In this document: piece by piece, positions 8,298-17,243 of the stretch
How the letters are laid out: every line of letters begins with the position of its first letter
Numbering within the stretch: position 1 is the stretch's first letter
Assembly: GCA_963662715.1 (NCBI GenBank)
Contig: OY759724.1
Span: forward strand, 2,940,001 to 2,972,000
Source: Candidatus Omnitrophota bacterium
GTDB taxonomy: Bacteria > Omnitrophota > Gorgyraeia > Zapsychrales > JANLHA01
DNA: 32,000 nucleotides
Reading direction: 5' to 3'
Notes under the pieces: generated by a model
The model's input: the letters and a program-made list of their open reading frames with translations, nothing else
What the model was told of the DNA's origin: nothing
Databases searched by the model: none
Made by a program: the position numbers and the translations under genes

Positions 8298-8900
8298 ATG
8301 CTGGAATTTCTTATGAAAGGCGGACCGTTGATGTGGCCGATCATCCTGTGTTCGGTCATTTCCGGTTCAATCATTTTAGAACGGCTGTATAAGTTTTACC
8401 GTTCGAGGATAAAAATCCCGAACATATCGGCGCGAGTCAATAATCTGCTGAAAGAAAAAAAACCTCAGGAGGCGTTAAGGCTTTGTGAAAACACCGATGA
8501 TCCCCTTGCGCACATTTTAGCCATCGGGATACGCGTCCGGAAAAGAAATCTGGAAGAACGGGAAAAAATCATTTCCAGGGCGGGGTCCAAACTTGTCCGG
8601 GATATGGACCAGCACCTGCGCGGGTTAGCCATTATCGGAAACATTACCCCCTTAATGGGATTATTGGGCACGGTCACCGGGATGATCAAAGCCTTTATGA
8701 AGATACAGGAGTTGGAGGGAAGAGTCGATGCCTCTGTTTTGGCCGGCGGGATATGGGAAGCTTTAATCACAACGGCCGCCGGTTTAGCGGTGGCGATTCC
8801 GACACTTGTCGCTTATCATTATTTTGAAGGGAAAGTGGATAATATCAGTGCCAGGATGAAAGAAGCGATTGCCGAACTTCTAGAAATGGAACATGTTTAA
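8298..8900 (+). CDS. exbB: MotA/TolQ/ExbB proton-channel protein
   Basis: GGPLMWPIILCSVISGSIILER, then GNITPLMGLLGTVTGMIKAF and WEALITTAAGLAVAIPTLVAYHYF are typical ExbB/TolQ segments. Confidence 0.9.
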   Translation: MLEFLMKGGPLMWPIILCSVISGSIILERLYKFYRSRIKIPNISARVNNLLKEKKPQEALRLCENTDDPLAHILAIGIRVRKRNLEEREKIISRAGSKLVRDMDQHLRGLAIIGNITPLMGLLGTVTGMIKAFMKIQELEGRVDASVLAGGIWEALITTAAGLAVAIPTLVAYHYFEGKVDNISARMKEAIAELLEMEHV

Positions 8901-8915
8901 AAAAGGATTCATATC

Positions 8916-9332
8916 ATGGAATTCGAAGGGCGAAAAAAAGTCGTCACGCAGTTAAATATTGCGCCCCTGATAGATATTGTTTTTCTGCTTTTGATATTTT
9001 TCATGCTTTCAGCGCATTTCATTTCTCAGCCGGGGATAGAAATCACCCTGCCGTCCGCCGCCGCTTCGCAATACCAGGAGGAGGAAGAGATCCTTGTCTT
9101 CATAGTGTCCGGAAGAGAAATATATCTCGGGGAAGACTTGGTAACCTTGGAAGATTTCTCGGAGAAGTTGAAGATGAAACTCAAACATGCCAGAGAAAAA
9201 AGCGTGACCGTAAAAGCGGACGAGGGAGTGGACCTGGGCTTGGTCGTGAAGATCCTGGACTGGGCTAAGCAGGCGGAGGCCACCTCCTTGATTATTTCAA
9301 CACAAACGGAAGAAGAAGCTCATGCCGAATGA
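8916..9332 (+). CDS. exbD: ExbD/TolR biopolymer transport protein
   Basis: The N-terminal TM NIAPLIDIVFLLLIFFM and a periplasmic domain with VTVKADEGVDLGLVVKILD are present. The gene lies 15 nt after exbB. Confidence 0.85.
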   Translation: MEFEGRKKVVTQLNIAPLIDIVFLLLIFFMLSAHFISQPGIEITLPSAAASQYQEEEEILVFIVSGREIYLGEDLVTLEDFSEKLKMKLKHAREKSVTVKADEGVDLGLVVKILDWAKQAEATSLIISTQTEEEAHAE

Positions 9333-10179
9333 TAGAGTCATGCGGATGGCTTTCCTGGTGTCTTTGCTGGGACACTGTGTTTTGTTCAGTGCTCCCGGGA
9401 TGAAAATCCCGGAAAACCGGGATGATAAAAAAAATATCAAAGTAAGCCTAAAGATTGAAGATCCGGTTATTTTGCCGAAGATCAGGGAAATCGGGATGGA
9501 AAAGAAAATCCCTGAACTGCCCGAACTACCCGAGGAATCCGTCCCGGAAGAACCCGATCTCAAGGAGCCGGATGAGCCGCCAGAGGAGCAGCCCGAGGAG
9601 AAGGAACTGGAAGACGTTTCCCCTGAGCTCCCGCCGGCGCAAGAAGTTTTTAAGGCACCTCCCGAAACCCCAACGCCGGAACCGCCGGAGCAGGCAGTCC
9701 CGGAGCCGTCCCCCCAGCCCCGAACGGAGAAAATCGCCGCCCCAACAACACCTCCGGTCCAGGATATTGAAAAGCCGCCTCCTTTGCCGATGCCGACACC
9801 TCAGCCGGTGCCTGCTGTTAAAGAGTTGTCTGAAAACGTAGTCAAAGATAAAAATTTTGCAGAAAAGGTCAAGGTCCCTCATCCGGATACGGAAAAAATG
9901 CTTCGTTACCAGGACGCGGTTAAACAACGTATCCAGTCAGCAAGACGATATCCCCGCTGGGCCAGAAGACACGGGGTGGAAGGGGCTGTCGGGGTGAGTT
10001 TCCTTGTTTTATCTGACGGGTCCAGTAAAAATATTCGCCTGACGCGTTCTTCCGGATATAAAATCCTTGATGAAGAAGCCCTGGCGACAATCAAAAGAGC
10101 CGGGCCTTTCCCCCCCATACCTGAGAAAAATATTCCGCGGACACGAATACATGTCAGTATCGTTTTTAACCTGCAATAA
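9322..10179 (+). CDS. tonB: Energy transducer TonB
   Basis: N-terminal TM, then a long Pro/Glu-rich spacer (PELPEESVPEEPDLKEPDEPPEEQPEE...PTPEPPEQAVPEPSPQP). C-terminal TonB domain RYPRWARRHGVEGAVGVSFLV...SGYKILDEEALATIKRAGPFPPIP. The start overlaps exbD by 11 nt. Confidence 0.85.
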   Translation: MPNDRVMRMAFLVSLLGHCVLFSAPGMKIPENRDDKKNIKVSLKIEDPVILPKIREIGMEKKIPELPELPEESVPEEPDLKEPDEPPEEQPEEKELEDVSPELPPAQEVFKAPPETPTPEPPEQAVPEPSPQPRTEKIAAPTTPPVQDIEKPPPLPMPTPQPVPAVKELSENVVKDKNFAEKVKVPHPDTEKMLRYQDAVKQRIQSARRYPRWARRHGVEGAVGVSFLVLSDGSSKNIRLTRSSGYKILDEEALATIKRAGPFPPIPEKNIPRTRIHVSIVFNLQ

Positions 10180-10356
10180 ATCATGTGGCCTCTGAGAACA
10201 TTATGAACATAAATTATCCATGTGTTCAATATTATGATTAATATTTTGCCTTGGCATGGATAAAGTAGTATCCTGATTATTATTGCAGGAATTTCGAGAT
10301 GCCTGAGACAGAATGCGCAGTATCGGCGTCAGGCAAACATTAAAGAGGGAGGATCT

Positions 10357-11154
10357 ATGGCGTTCCAAAAACGGAAAACACTCATAATATCTCTGGTTAT
10401 TGTTTTTTGTTTCGGTTCAACGACATGTTGTCATGCGGTGGAGCTTTTTGAAGGGGTATGGCGCGCGCTGGGGGTTGATGTTAAAGAATTGGAAGGCGCT
10501 GTTCTCGGTCTGGGGGTTTTATACACGCCATCCGTATACAAAGACGCCGACGATAATGTCTGGCCTATTCCGCTTATTATCGGGAAATATAAAAGATTCT
10601 ATTCCGACGGCTCCAGTTTCGGATATGTTTTGAATGATAACAACACCCTGTTTTTCTCCCTGGTCGGACAACCCCGCTTTAACGGTTATAAATCTTCGGA
10701 CAGCGCGGCCTTATCCGGGATGGAAGACCGGGACTGGTCTCTGGACGGCGGTTTGAAAATGAGCTGGAATAATGAGTGGTTTTTGCTGAACATCACAGGG
10801 GTGACCGATCTTTTGAGCCGGCACAACGGCCATGAATTAAAAGCCGTTGTTTCCAAGGAACTGTTTAAAGGAGGGTTGACGCCTAAGCTGGGCATAAAAT
10901 GGTTAAGTGATAATGTCGTCGAGTATTATTACGGTGTCTCCGGAACGGAACATCGCGCTGAACGGCCCGCCTATGAAGGAGGCTCGAGCATAAATGTCAT
11001 TGCCGGCTTTACTTTAGCGTTGCCTCTAGGTGAAGACTGGGCTGCCATTACGGATTTTGAATATAGATATTTAGGCTCGGAAATTGAAGACTCTCCTATC
11101 GTGGACACCCATGATGACTTTACGGCTATTTTCGGGATAGTTTATCGATATTAG
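10357..11154 (+). CDS. MipA/OmpV-family outer-membrane protein
   Basis: Signal peptide, beta-rich alternating pattern, YKDADDNVWPIPLIIGKYKRFYSDGSSFGY, and a C-terminal aromatic residue (VYRY). SD AGAGGGAGGA precedes the start. The family call is by eye. Confidence 0.6.
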   Translation: MAFQKRKTLIISLVIVFCFGSTTCCHAVELFEGVWRALGVDVKELEGAVLGLGVLYTPSVYKDADDNVWPIPLIIGKYKRFYSDGSSFGYVLNDNNTLFFSLVGQPRFNGYKSSDSAALSGMEDRDWSLDGGLKMSWNNEWFLLNITGVTDLLSRHNGHELKAVVSKELFKGGLTPKLGIKWLSDNVVEYYYGVSGTEHRAERPAYEGGSSINVIAGFTLALPLGEDWAAITDFEYRYLGSEIEDSPIVDTHDDFTAIFGIVYRY

Positions 11155-11278
11155 CTGTGCCCCCGGATAATATCTTCTGTCCCGGCAATAAGTTAAGGGG
11201 CCCCGTCCTCAATCTGCTTTACCGTATCAACAAATTATAGTAATATATTAAGAATTTCATGTCGGGAGAGGATATTTT

Positions 11279-11662
11279 ATGAAAAAATCAAAGGGTGAAA
11301 TTGAATCCCAAATCAGCGAAGCTATCATACGTTTTGAAAAAGAATATATGGGGCGGGGCCCCAAGGAAACCAAAACCTATATTATCGAAGATATGATTTT
11401 TGTCCGGCTGAAAGGCGTTTTAACCCCGGCAGAAGAACAACTGTCCAAAACCAACGAAGGTTCTGATTTAATCAAAAAGACACGCGTTAATCTGCTGGAA
11501 GGGGCCTGGATGCTGCTGGAGAGTCTTGTTTTTGATATCACAGGGTGTAAAATACAAAGCCTGCATTCGGATATCAGCACGAAAACAGGAGAACGCATCA
11601 TCATTTTCACTCTGGACAGAGATTTTGAGGAACGTGTTAAGAACTCCGGGAAAATAATTTGA
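11279..11662 (+). CDS. DUF2294 domain protein
   Basis: GEIESQISEAIIRFEKEYMGRGPKETKTYIIEDMIFVRLKGVLTPAEEQL matches the characteristic DUF2294 N-terminal block. SD GGGAGAGGA precedes the start. Confidence 0.7.
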   Translation: MKKSKGEIESQISEAIIRFEKEYMGRGPKETKTYIIEDMIFVRLKGVLTPAEEQLSKTNEGSDLIKKTRVNLLEGAWMLLESLVFDITGCKIQSLHSDISTKTGERIIIFTLDRDFEERVKNSGKII

Positions 11663-11757
11663 CTTTGCGTTTTTTTGTGATATTTTATTAGACAATACAA
11701 ATTATTTGGAAGACTAAGGTAAGGACCTCATTGTTGAACCGGGGTTGTTGCAAAGTA

Positions 11758-11815
11758 AGCCAACATCAGAAATCCTTGCTACTTAATTATGGCGGGAGAG
11801 GATGTTGGCTTTTTA
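11758..11815 (+). other. Hairpin plus T-run in the pckG leader (possible terminator of the upstream gene or an attenuator)
   Basis: AGCCAACATC (11758-11767) pairs perfectly with GATGTTGGCT (11801-11810) and is followed by TTTTT. The 33-nt loop is atypically large for an intrinsic terminator. Confidence 0.3.
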
Positions 11816-11848
11816 CGTGTTTGTTATTAATGATAAGGAGGATGGCGA

Positions 11849-13738
11849 ATGGCAAATCCAGATTTTGATGACTTAAAACAAAAGTGTGGCGGGGAAGGAT
11901 ATGAGAAGTTGTCAGCATTAAATAATGCAAAATTAATGGAGTTTATCGGGAAATATGTGCGGATCTGCAACCCGGACAGCGTGCATGTCTGTACGGACTC
12001 TGATGCGGACAGGGAATATATCGTCAAAGAGACGGTGAAAAACCAGGAAGAAACGCCCCTTCACCTGAAAGGTCATACCATACATTTCGACGGCCCCAAA
12101 GATCAGGCCCGGGATAAAGCCAACACAAAGTATCTTTTGCCTCCGGGAACGGATTTGGGCGCCTCGCTCAATTCGACGGATAAAGACTCCGGAACCAAAG
12201 AAGTCCATGAATATTTGAACAACAGCATGGCCGGGAAAGAAATGTATATTTTGTTTTTCTGTCTCGGTCCGACCAACTCGGAGTTTTCTATCCCTTGTGT
12301 GCAGATAACCGATTCCAGCTACGTGGCCCATTCCGAGTATATCCTGTACCGCAGAGGCTATGAACAATTCAAAAAACTCGGCGACACCCCTCAATTTTTC
12401 AAGTTTGTCCACAGTGCAGGAGAACTGGAAAACGGGGTGAGCAAAAATGTCGATCAGCGCAGAGTCTATATTGATCTTGACGATCAGATTGTCTACAGCA
12501 CAAACACGCAGTACGCCGGGAACACTGTGGGGCTTAAAAAATTAGCTTTACGTCATGCCATTAACAAAGCTTCTCAGGAAGGATGGCTTGCAGAACATAT
12601 GATGCTCACCGGCATCCACGGCCCTAACGGCCGGAAATCCTATTTTACCGGAGCCTTTCCCAGCGCCTGCGGGAAAACTTCTACGGCCATGCTTCCAGGG
12701 GAAACGATTATCGGTGATGATATCGCTTACTTGCGGAAAATTAACAATGAAGTCCGGGCCGTCAATGTTGAGTGCGGTATTTTCGGCATTATCCGGGACG
12801 TTAATCCCAAAGATGATCCGGTCATCTGGGGGGCCCTGAACAATCCGGGGGAAGTGATTCTTTCTAATATTCTCATTGACGGGCAAAAAAATCCTCATTG
12901 GCTGGGAGACGGGAGACCGGAACCGGATCAAGGCACGAATTTTTCCGGGGAATGGACTCGCGGGAGGAAAAACGCCCAGGGACAGGAGATCCCTTTCGCG
13001 CATAAAAATGCCCGGTACACGGTCAGCTTGTATGCCCTGGAGAACTTAGACCCTAACCTCGATGAGCCGGACGGAGTTAAACTGACCGGAATGATTTATG
13101 GCGGCCGGGACTCGAGTATTTGGCCTCCGGTGCAACAGGCTTTTGACTGGGCGCACGGAGTGATCACGATGGGAGCTTCCCTGGAGTCCGAGACAACGGC
13201 AGCGACCCTGGGCCAGGAGGGCGTCAGGCAGTTCAGTCCTATGGCTAACCTTGATTTTGTTTCCGTCCCGCTGGGAAAATATATCAGCAATTATCTTAAA
13301 TTCATCGAGGATGTTGAGCAGCCGCCGGCGATATTCTCCGTCAACTATTTTCTTAAAGATGTGGACGGGAAATACCTTACCGGCATGGATGCCAAACGCG
13401 TCTGGATCAAGTGGATGGAACTGCGGGCTAACAATGATGTCGAGGCGATTGAGACGCCGACAGGTTATATCCCGCGATATGCTGACCTGCAGGCGCTGTT
13501 CAAAAAAGTTCTGAATAAAGACTATACTGAAGAAGAGTATGAAAAACAATTCTCGGTAAGAATCCCGGCGAGCCTTGAGAAGATCGAACGCATTAAGGAA
13601 ATTTACACAACCAAAGTCCCGGACACTCCGAAAATCCTTTTTGATATCCTGGAAGAACAGGAGCAAAGGCTCAAAGCCGCCAGAGCTGTTCACGGGAATT
13701 ATATTGCCCCAGGTCAAATCCAGGGAAAAAAAGTTTAG
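11849..13738 (+). CDS. pckG: Phosphoenolpyruvate carboxykinase (GTP)
   Basis: 629 aa. The GTP-PEPCK kinase-1a motif is GAFPSACGKTS. Other conserved blocks are IGDDIAYLR, NARYTV, IYGGRDS and FSVNYFLKD. SD AAGGAGGA lies 6 nt upstream of the start. Confidence 0.92.
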   Translation: MANPDFDDLKQKCGGEGYEKLSALNNAKLMEFIGKYVRICNPDSVHVCTDSDADREYIVKETVKNQEETPLHLKGHTIHFDGPKDQARDKANTKYLLPPGTDLGASLNSTDKDSGTKEVHEYLNNSMAGKEMYILFFCLGPTNSEFSIPCVQITDSSYVAHSEYILYRRGYEQFKKLGDTPQFFKFVHSAGELENGVSKNVDQRRVYIDLDDQIVYSTNTQYAGNTVGLKKLALRHAINKASQEGWLAEHMMLTGIHGPNGRKSYFTGAFPSACGKTSTAMLPGETIIGDDIAYLRKINNEVRAVNVECGIFGIIRDVNPKDDPVIWGALNNPGEVILSNILIDGQKNPHWLGDGRPEPDQGTNFSGEWTRGRKNAQGQEIPFAHKNARYTVSLYALENLDPNLDEPDGVKLTGMIYGGRDSSIWPPVQQAFDWAHGVITMGASLESETTAATLGQEGVRQFSPMANLDFVSVPLGKYISNYLKFIEDVEQPPAIFSVNYFLKDVDGKYLTGMDAKRVWIKWMELRANNDVEAIETPTGYIPRYADLQALFKKVLNKDYTEEEYEKQFSVRIPASLEKIERIKEIYTTKVPDTPKILFDILEEQEQRLKAARAVHGNYIAPGQIQGKKV

Positions 13739-14010
13739 TGTGATTTCAAACTGATCTTCCTTGGAGTAATGTTTTTCCCCCTCTCCCGGCCGCAACGGGA
13801 CAGGGGGCGTGCTGTGTCGCCTGGCAAACGGTTTTCTCCCGCCTTAGAAAAACAAGCAGGATTTCTATCCGGTTACAAACCTTCTTGATTATTTCCAGTT
13901 ATTACGTCATAATCATTCATCTTCATTTTAAAGATTCAGAGAACCTTTTAGCAGGGGCAGAATAAACTGCGTGACACTGTTCCTGACGATGAACCAACAG
14001 TGAGGCGACC

Positions 14011-14298
14011 ATGGGACATGAAGGTGAAAAAGTTCCCGGCAGGATCACCTGGGAGGAAACGACTCAAAAACAGCTTGAAGAAATTCTTGAACAGATCCCC
14101 GCTCTGATCCGCGGGATTGCCGAAACCAGGGTATGCAAAAAGGCTGAAAGCATTGTCAAACAGGAAAACCGATGGACCATCGGGGAAAAAGATATGGTTG
14201 ATGCTTTTTTTGCCGAGACACCGGAAGGATTTAAGGGGCCGATGAAAGAGAGCATGGAGGCCCTGGGCATCGATTATAAGAAATACGGTCATCAATAA
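14011..14298 (+). CDS. Small stand-alone PCP-reductase-C-terminal-like (PF08369-like) protein
   Basis: ITWEETTQKQLEEILEQIPALIRGIAETRVCKKAESIVKQENRWTIGEKDMVDA follows the W..(E/A)A...L..IP.F.R.....(E)..A......(I/V)T pattern of the protochlorophyllide-reductase subunit B C-terminal domain. Call made by eye. Confidence 0.5.
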   Translation: MGHEGEKVPGRITWEETTQKQLEEILEQIPALIRGIAETRVCKKAESIVKQENRWTIGEKDMVDAFFAETPEGFKGPMKESMEALGIDYKKYGHQ

Positions 14299-14350
14299 CC
14301 CCGGATCCGGGAGTGCAGGCATATTTCCCCATAATCCTCCCGAAGAAAGC

Positions 14351-15211
14351 ATGCTAAAGTTCCCGCCCAAAAAATTTTTGATAAGAACCTTAAACGCGGT
14401 CTTTTTGACTTGCGTCTGCTGTTTTGTCTATATGAAATGGGTCGAACCCTGTTGGCTGGAGATATCGGAACATAAAATCAAATTTTTGAAACAGCCCGGG
14501 CATACTGTCCGGATACTGCATCTCTCGGATTTTCACGCTTCAGCTTTCGTTTCCCTGGAATTCATCGATAAGGCCGTTGAAACGGCTGTGGCTCTTAAGC
14601 CGGATATCATCGTCCTGACAGGAGATTATATAACCGGAAAAGTGTCCCGGGATTTCATCCGTACGGATTACGTCAAGCAATATCAAAGGATCCTCAGAAA
14701 ACTGCCGCAGACCGCACCCACATTTGCCTGTCTGGGAAATCATGACGGGGGCGTCTGGGCCGGCTTTGATGCTGGTATTATTTCGGAAATGCTGCAGCAG
14801 AGCGGAATCACGGTTCTCCGCAACACATCAAAACACATGACAATAAGAAATGAGCCGTTTCTGTTGGTCGGGGTGGGGGATCTTTGGGCCAGGGAAGTCG
14901 ATGCGCGGAAAGCCTTCCGGGATGCCGGCTGCGACGATGAGATAAGAATCGTTCTCGCCCACAATCCTGATATTAAAGAAAGCATTAAAGAATATCCTTG
15001 GGACCTTTTGTTATGCGGACATTCCCATGGAGGACAATTACGGCTGCCGTTGATCGGAACACCTTTCGCGCCGGTCAAGGATCACCGGTATGTTGAAGGT
15101 CTTCGGCCCTGGGACGACCGTTTGATCCATGTGACACGGGGGATCGGGAATCTTCTGGGATTAAGGTTCAACTGCCGGCCCCAGATATCGCTTTTAATCC
15201 TGACATCTTAG
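14351..15211 (+). CDS. Membrane-anchored metallophosphoesterase (YaeI-like calcineurin-fold)
   Basis: N-terminal TM, then the motifs ILHLSDFH, LTGDYI, LGNHD, VLAHNP and CGHSHGGQ. Confidence 0.85.
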   Translation: MLKFPPKKFLIRTLNAVFLTCVCCFVYMKWVEPCWLEISEHKIKFLKQPGHTVRILHLSDFHASAFVSLEFIDKAVETAVALKPDIIVLTGDYITGKVSRDFIRTDYVKQYQRILRKLPQTAPTFACLGNHDGGVWAGFDAGIISEMLQQSGITVLRNTSKHMTIRNEPFLLVGVGDLWAREVDARKAFRDAGCDDEIRIVLAHNPDIKESIKEYPWDLLLCGHSHGGQLRLPLIGTPFAPVKDHRYVEGLRPWDDRLIHVTRGIGNLLGLRFNCRPQISLLILTS

Positions 15212-15277
15212 ACGGCGGTCATTCAATTCAAGTTTTGGGATTCATGCTCCGCAGCATTATAATAAACCTTACGTGCA

Positions 15278-16048
15278 ATGACCGGGGACGGTGCAAAAAA
15301 CATGAAATCGCTTTATTCACCCAAATCTGCAAAGCCATCGGACTTTTCCGCCCTGACGGGTCTCCTGCTCCTTTTTGCCATCTCTGTATTGTTCTGGGAC
15401 ACCATTTATCTTTACCCTATTAAAATTTTTGTTGTCATTCTCCATGAAATAAGTCACGGGATGGCCGCCGTGTTGACCGGCGGCCATATTGACAGGATTG
15501 AAATCAATGCGGCCATCGGGGGCGTTTGCTGGACAAGCGGAGGCCACCGGGGGATTATTCTGAGCGCCGGATACCTGGGAAGCATGCTCTGGGGAAGCCT
15601 GATTCTTTTCATAGCCGCAAAAACAAAGTACGACAATATTCTCGGGATATTCATCGGGGGAGGGCTTATTTTAATAGCCCTGTTTTTTATCAGAAATTTT
15701 TTTGGTTTTCTTTTTACCATGGTCCTGGGCCTTCTGATGATCATCCTTTGTGTCAGATCAAATAATACCGTTGCAGATTTCCTGATGAAGTTTATCGGCA
15801 TGACCAGCGCTCTTTATGTCATTATTGATATTAAATCTGACCTCATCGACAGGACCGTAGACGGAAACGCGCTGTATTCGGGGATGAAAAGCGATGCGTT
15901 TGCCCTGGCAGAATATCTGGGCTTCCCGCAACTTTCAGTGTTTATCGGAAGTGTCTGGATGATCATTGCCATACTTGTTTTTCTGCGGACCCTGGCTGCC
16001 GTAGGCAGCGGAAAAATCCCCCAAAAGGGTTCGGGTGACCGGTCCTGA
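15278..16048 (+). CDS. Polytopic membrane HExxH metallopeptidase, M50B-like
   Basis: VVILHEISHGMAAVLTGGHIDRIEI...GG...SAGYLGSMLWGSLIL plus several further TM segments. The start is ambiguous; the ATG at 15302 (MKSLYS...) is an alternative. Confidence 0.65.
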   Translation: MTGDGAKNMKSLYSPKSAKPSDFSALTGLLLLFAISVLFWDTIYLYPIKIFVVILHEISHGMAAVLTGGHIDRIEINAAIGGVCWTSGGHRGIILSAGYLGSMLWGSLILFIAAKTKYDNILGIFIGGGLILIALFFIRNFFGFLFTMVLGLLMIILCVRSNNTVADFLMKFIGMTSALYVIIDIKSDLIDRTVDGNALYSGMKSDAFALAEYLGFPQLSVFIGSVWMIIAILVFLRTLAAVGSGKIPQKGSGDRS

Positions 16049-16161
16049 GAGAAAAGACTCTTTCCATCCCTATGACTTCATTTTTCCGGGATATCAGTAC
16101 TATTTATAAAGTTTTTAAGACCGCATTCATGCCCATTTTGCCGCACAGGCAACTTTTTAGA

Positions 16162-16189
16162 TTGCCGATCGTTGTTGAGGTGTTATAAT
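16162..16189 (+). promoter_or_regulatory. Sigma70-like promoter candidate for the 16.2-22.2 kb cluster
   Basis: The -35 is TTGCCG (16162-16167). A 16-nt spacer ends in an extended TGT, and the -10 is TATAAT (16184-16189). It lies about 65 nt upstream of the TTG start at 16256. Confidence 0.35.
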
Positions 16190-16255
16190 TTATCTGATAA
16201 ATTAATAAGATAGTGTTTCTCCGAGATGCTCCGATGCGAAAGATGAGAGGCCCCA

Positions 16256-17233
16256 TTGAATATTAACGACGGAGTTATAAAACCCTGTTTTTTCCTGATC
16301 CTTTCTTTATCTCTTTTTCTGGGCCAGCCTGCTCCGGCCCAAAGCGACCAAGACCTGGAATATCTTAAATCTCTTTCCCGGCAAACCACCTTTTTTGCCG
16401 AACAGGAATACTCGCTGATTTTGGATAAAGGCCGGGATTGCTGGCCGGATGCGGATACCCTTAAAGTCCGCATGGTTTTTGCAAATAAAACTGTTTTTGA
16501 AAAAAATTTCCCGGCGAAGTTTCCTCTTAAAGTTGATTTTCAATATCCCCAGCTCAAACCGGGGGTTATCGCTGATCCGCTTCTTATCATTACGGCTTTT
16601 TCGCAGGAAGAGATGCTGAAAGGGATTTATCAAAAACAGCTGTTTTTTTTCCCGCAAAAGCAGAGCCCTGCTCCGGGACTTTATACGGAGGAGATCGGGA
16701 TTTTCGATCAAACCGGAGAGGGACTTTTAAAGAACAGTCTGCAGGAAATGGGAATCCCTTTTACGGAAATTTATGAGTTTTCTGATTTCAACGGGCCGTG
16801 GATTGTTGGCTCAGGACTCGATTTTTCAAACAATTATTCGCTCTTTGAAGAGATGCTGGAAGCTTTTTCCAAAGGAACGTCCCTGCTGATTTTAGCGCCC
16901 CTGGAAGGCGAATTCCCCTGGCCGGATATGAAAAAAATAACCCGGGTCATTTTCTCGGACGAGAGTATTGTGGCCGATTATGATAAACACCTGAACCTGC
17001 TGACGGACGGGATGAACGGAACAGAGGGGCATGTAACGTTTCAGGTTGGAAGCAACGGGGAAAGCAGTGTCATCAAATGCACCGGGGACCGCCAAGGATA
17101 CAACTGGCTGGAATTTCAGACCCCGGAATCCCGCATGATTTTTCTGGGATGGAATTTGCCGGCATACACCGGGAAGAACCCGACCATGTTCATGCTGTTG
17201 AATCGTATATTAACTCAAGAAGAAAAAAAATGA
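16256..17233 (+). CDS. Secreted hypothetical protein
   Basis: TTG start after GAGAGG. Signal peptide CFFLILSLSLFLGQPAPA|QS. I recognise no family. The stop lies 10 nt before the next gene. Confidence 0.55.
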   Translation: MNINDGVIKPCFFLILSLSLFLGQPAPAQSDQDLEYLKSLSRQTTFFAEQEYSLILDKGRDCWPDADTLKVRMVFANKTVFEKNFPAKFPLKVDFQYPQLKPGVIADPLLIITAFSQEEMLKGIYQKQLFFFPQKQSPAPGLYTEEIGIFDQTGEGLLKNSLQEMGIPFTEIYEFSDFNGPWIVGSGLDFSNNYSLFEEMLEAFSKGTSLLILAPLEGEFPWPDMKKITRVIFSDESIVADYDKHLNLLTDGMNGTEGHVTFQVGSNGESSVIKCTGDRQGYNWLEFQTPESRMIFLGWNLPAYTGKNPTMFMLLNRILTQEEKK

Positions 17234-17243
17234 GGAGGCTTAA

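Noticed and set aside
9455-9927. Alternative-frame ORFs 9455-9841 (+) and 9526-9927 (-) with Arg-rich translations
   Set aside because: They are artefacts of the repetitive CCN/GAR codons that encode the Pro/Glu spacer of TonB. The TonB frame has clear N- and C-terminal domain signatures.
13778-13807. A GC-rich hairpin CCCCCTCTCCCG...CGGGACAGGGGG downstream of pckG, considered as a terminator
   Set aside because: No U-tract follows on the plus strand, because the T-run precedes the stem. It could still be a non-canonical 3' end, but it cannot be supported from sequence alone.
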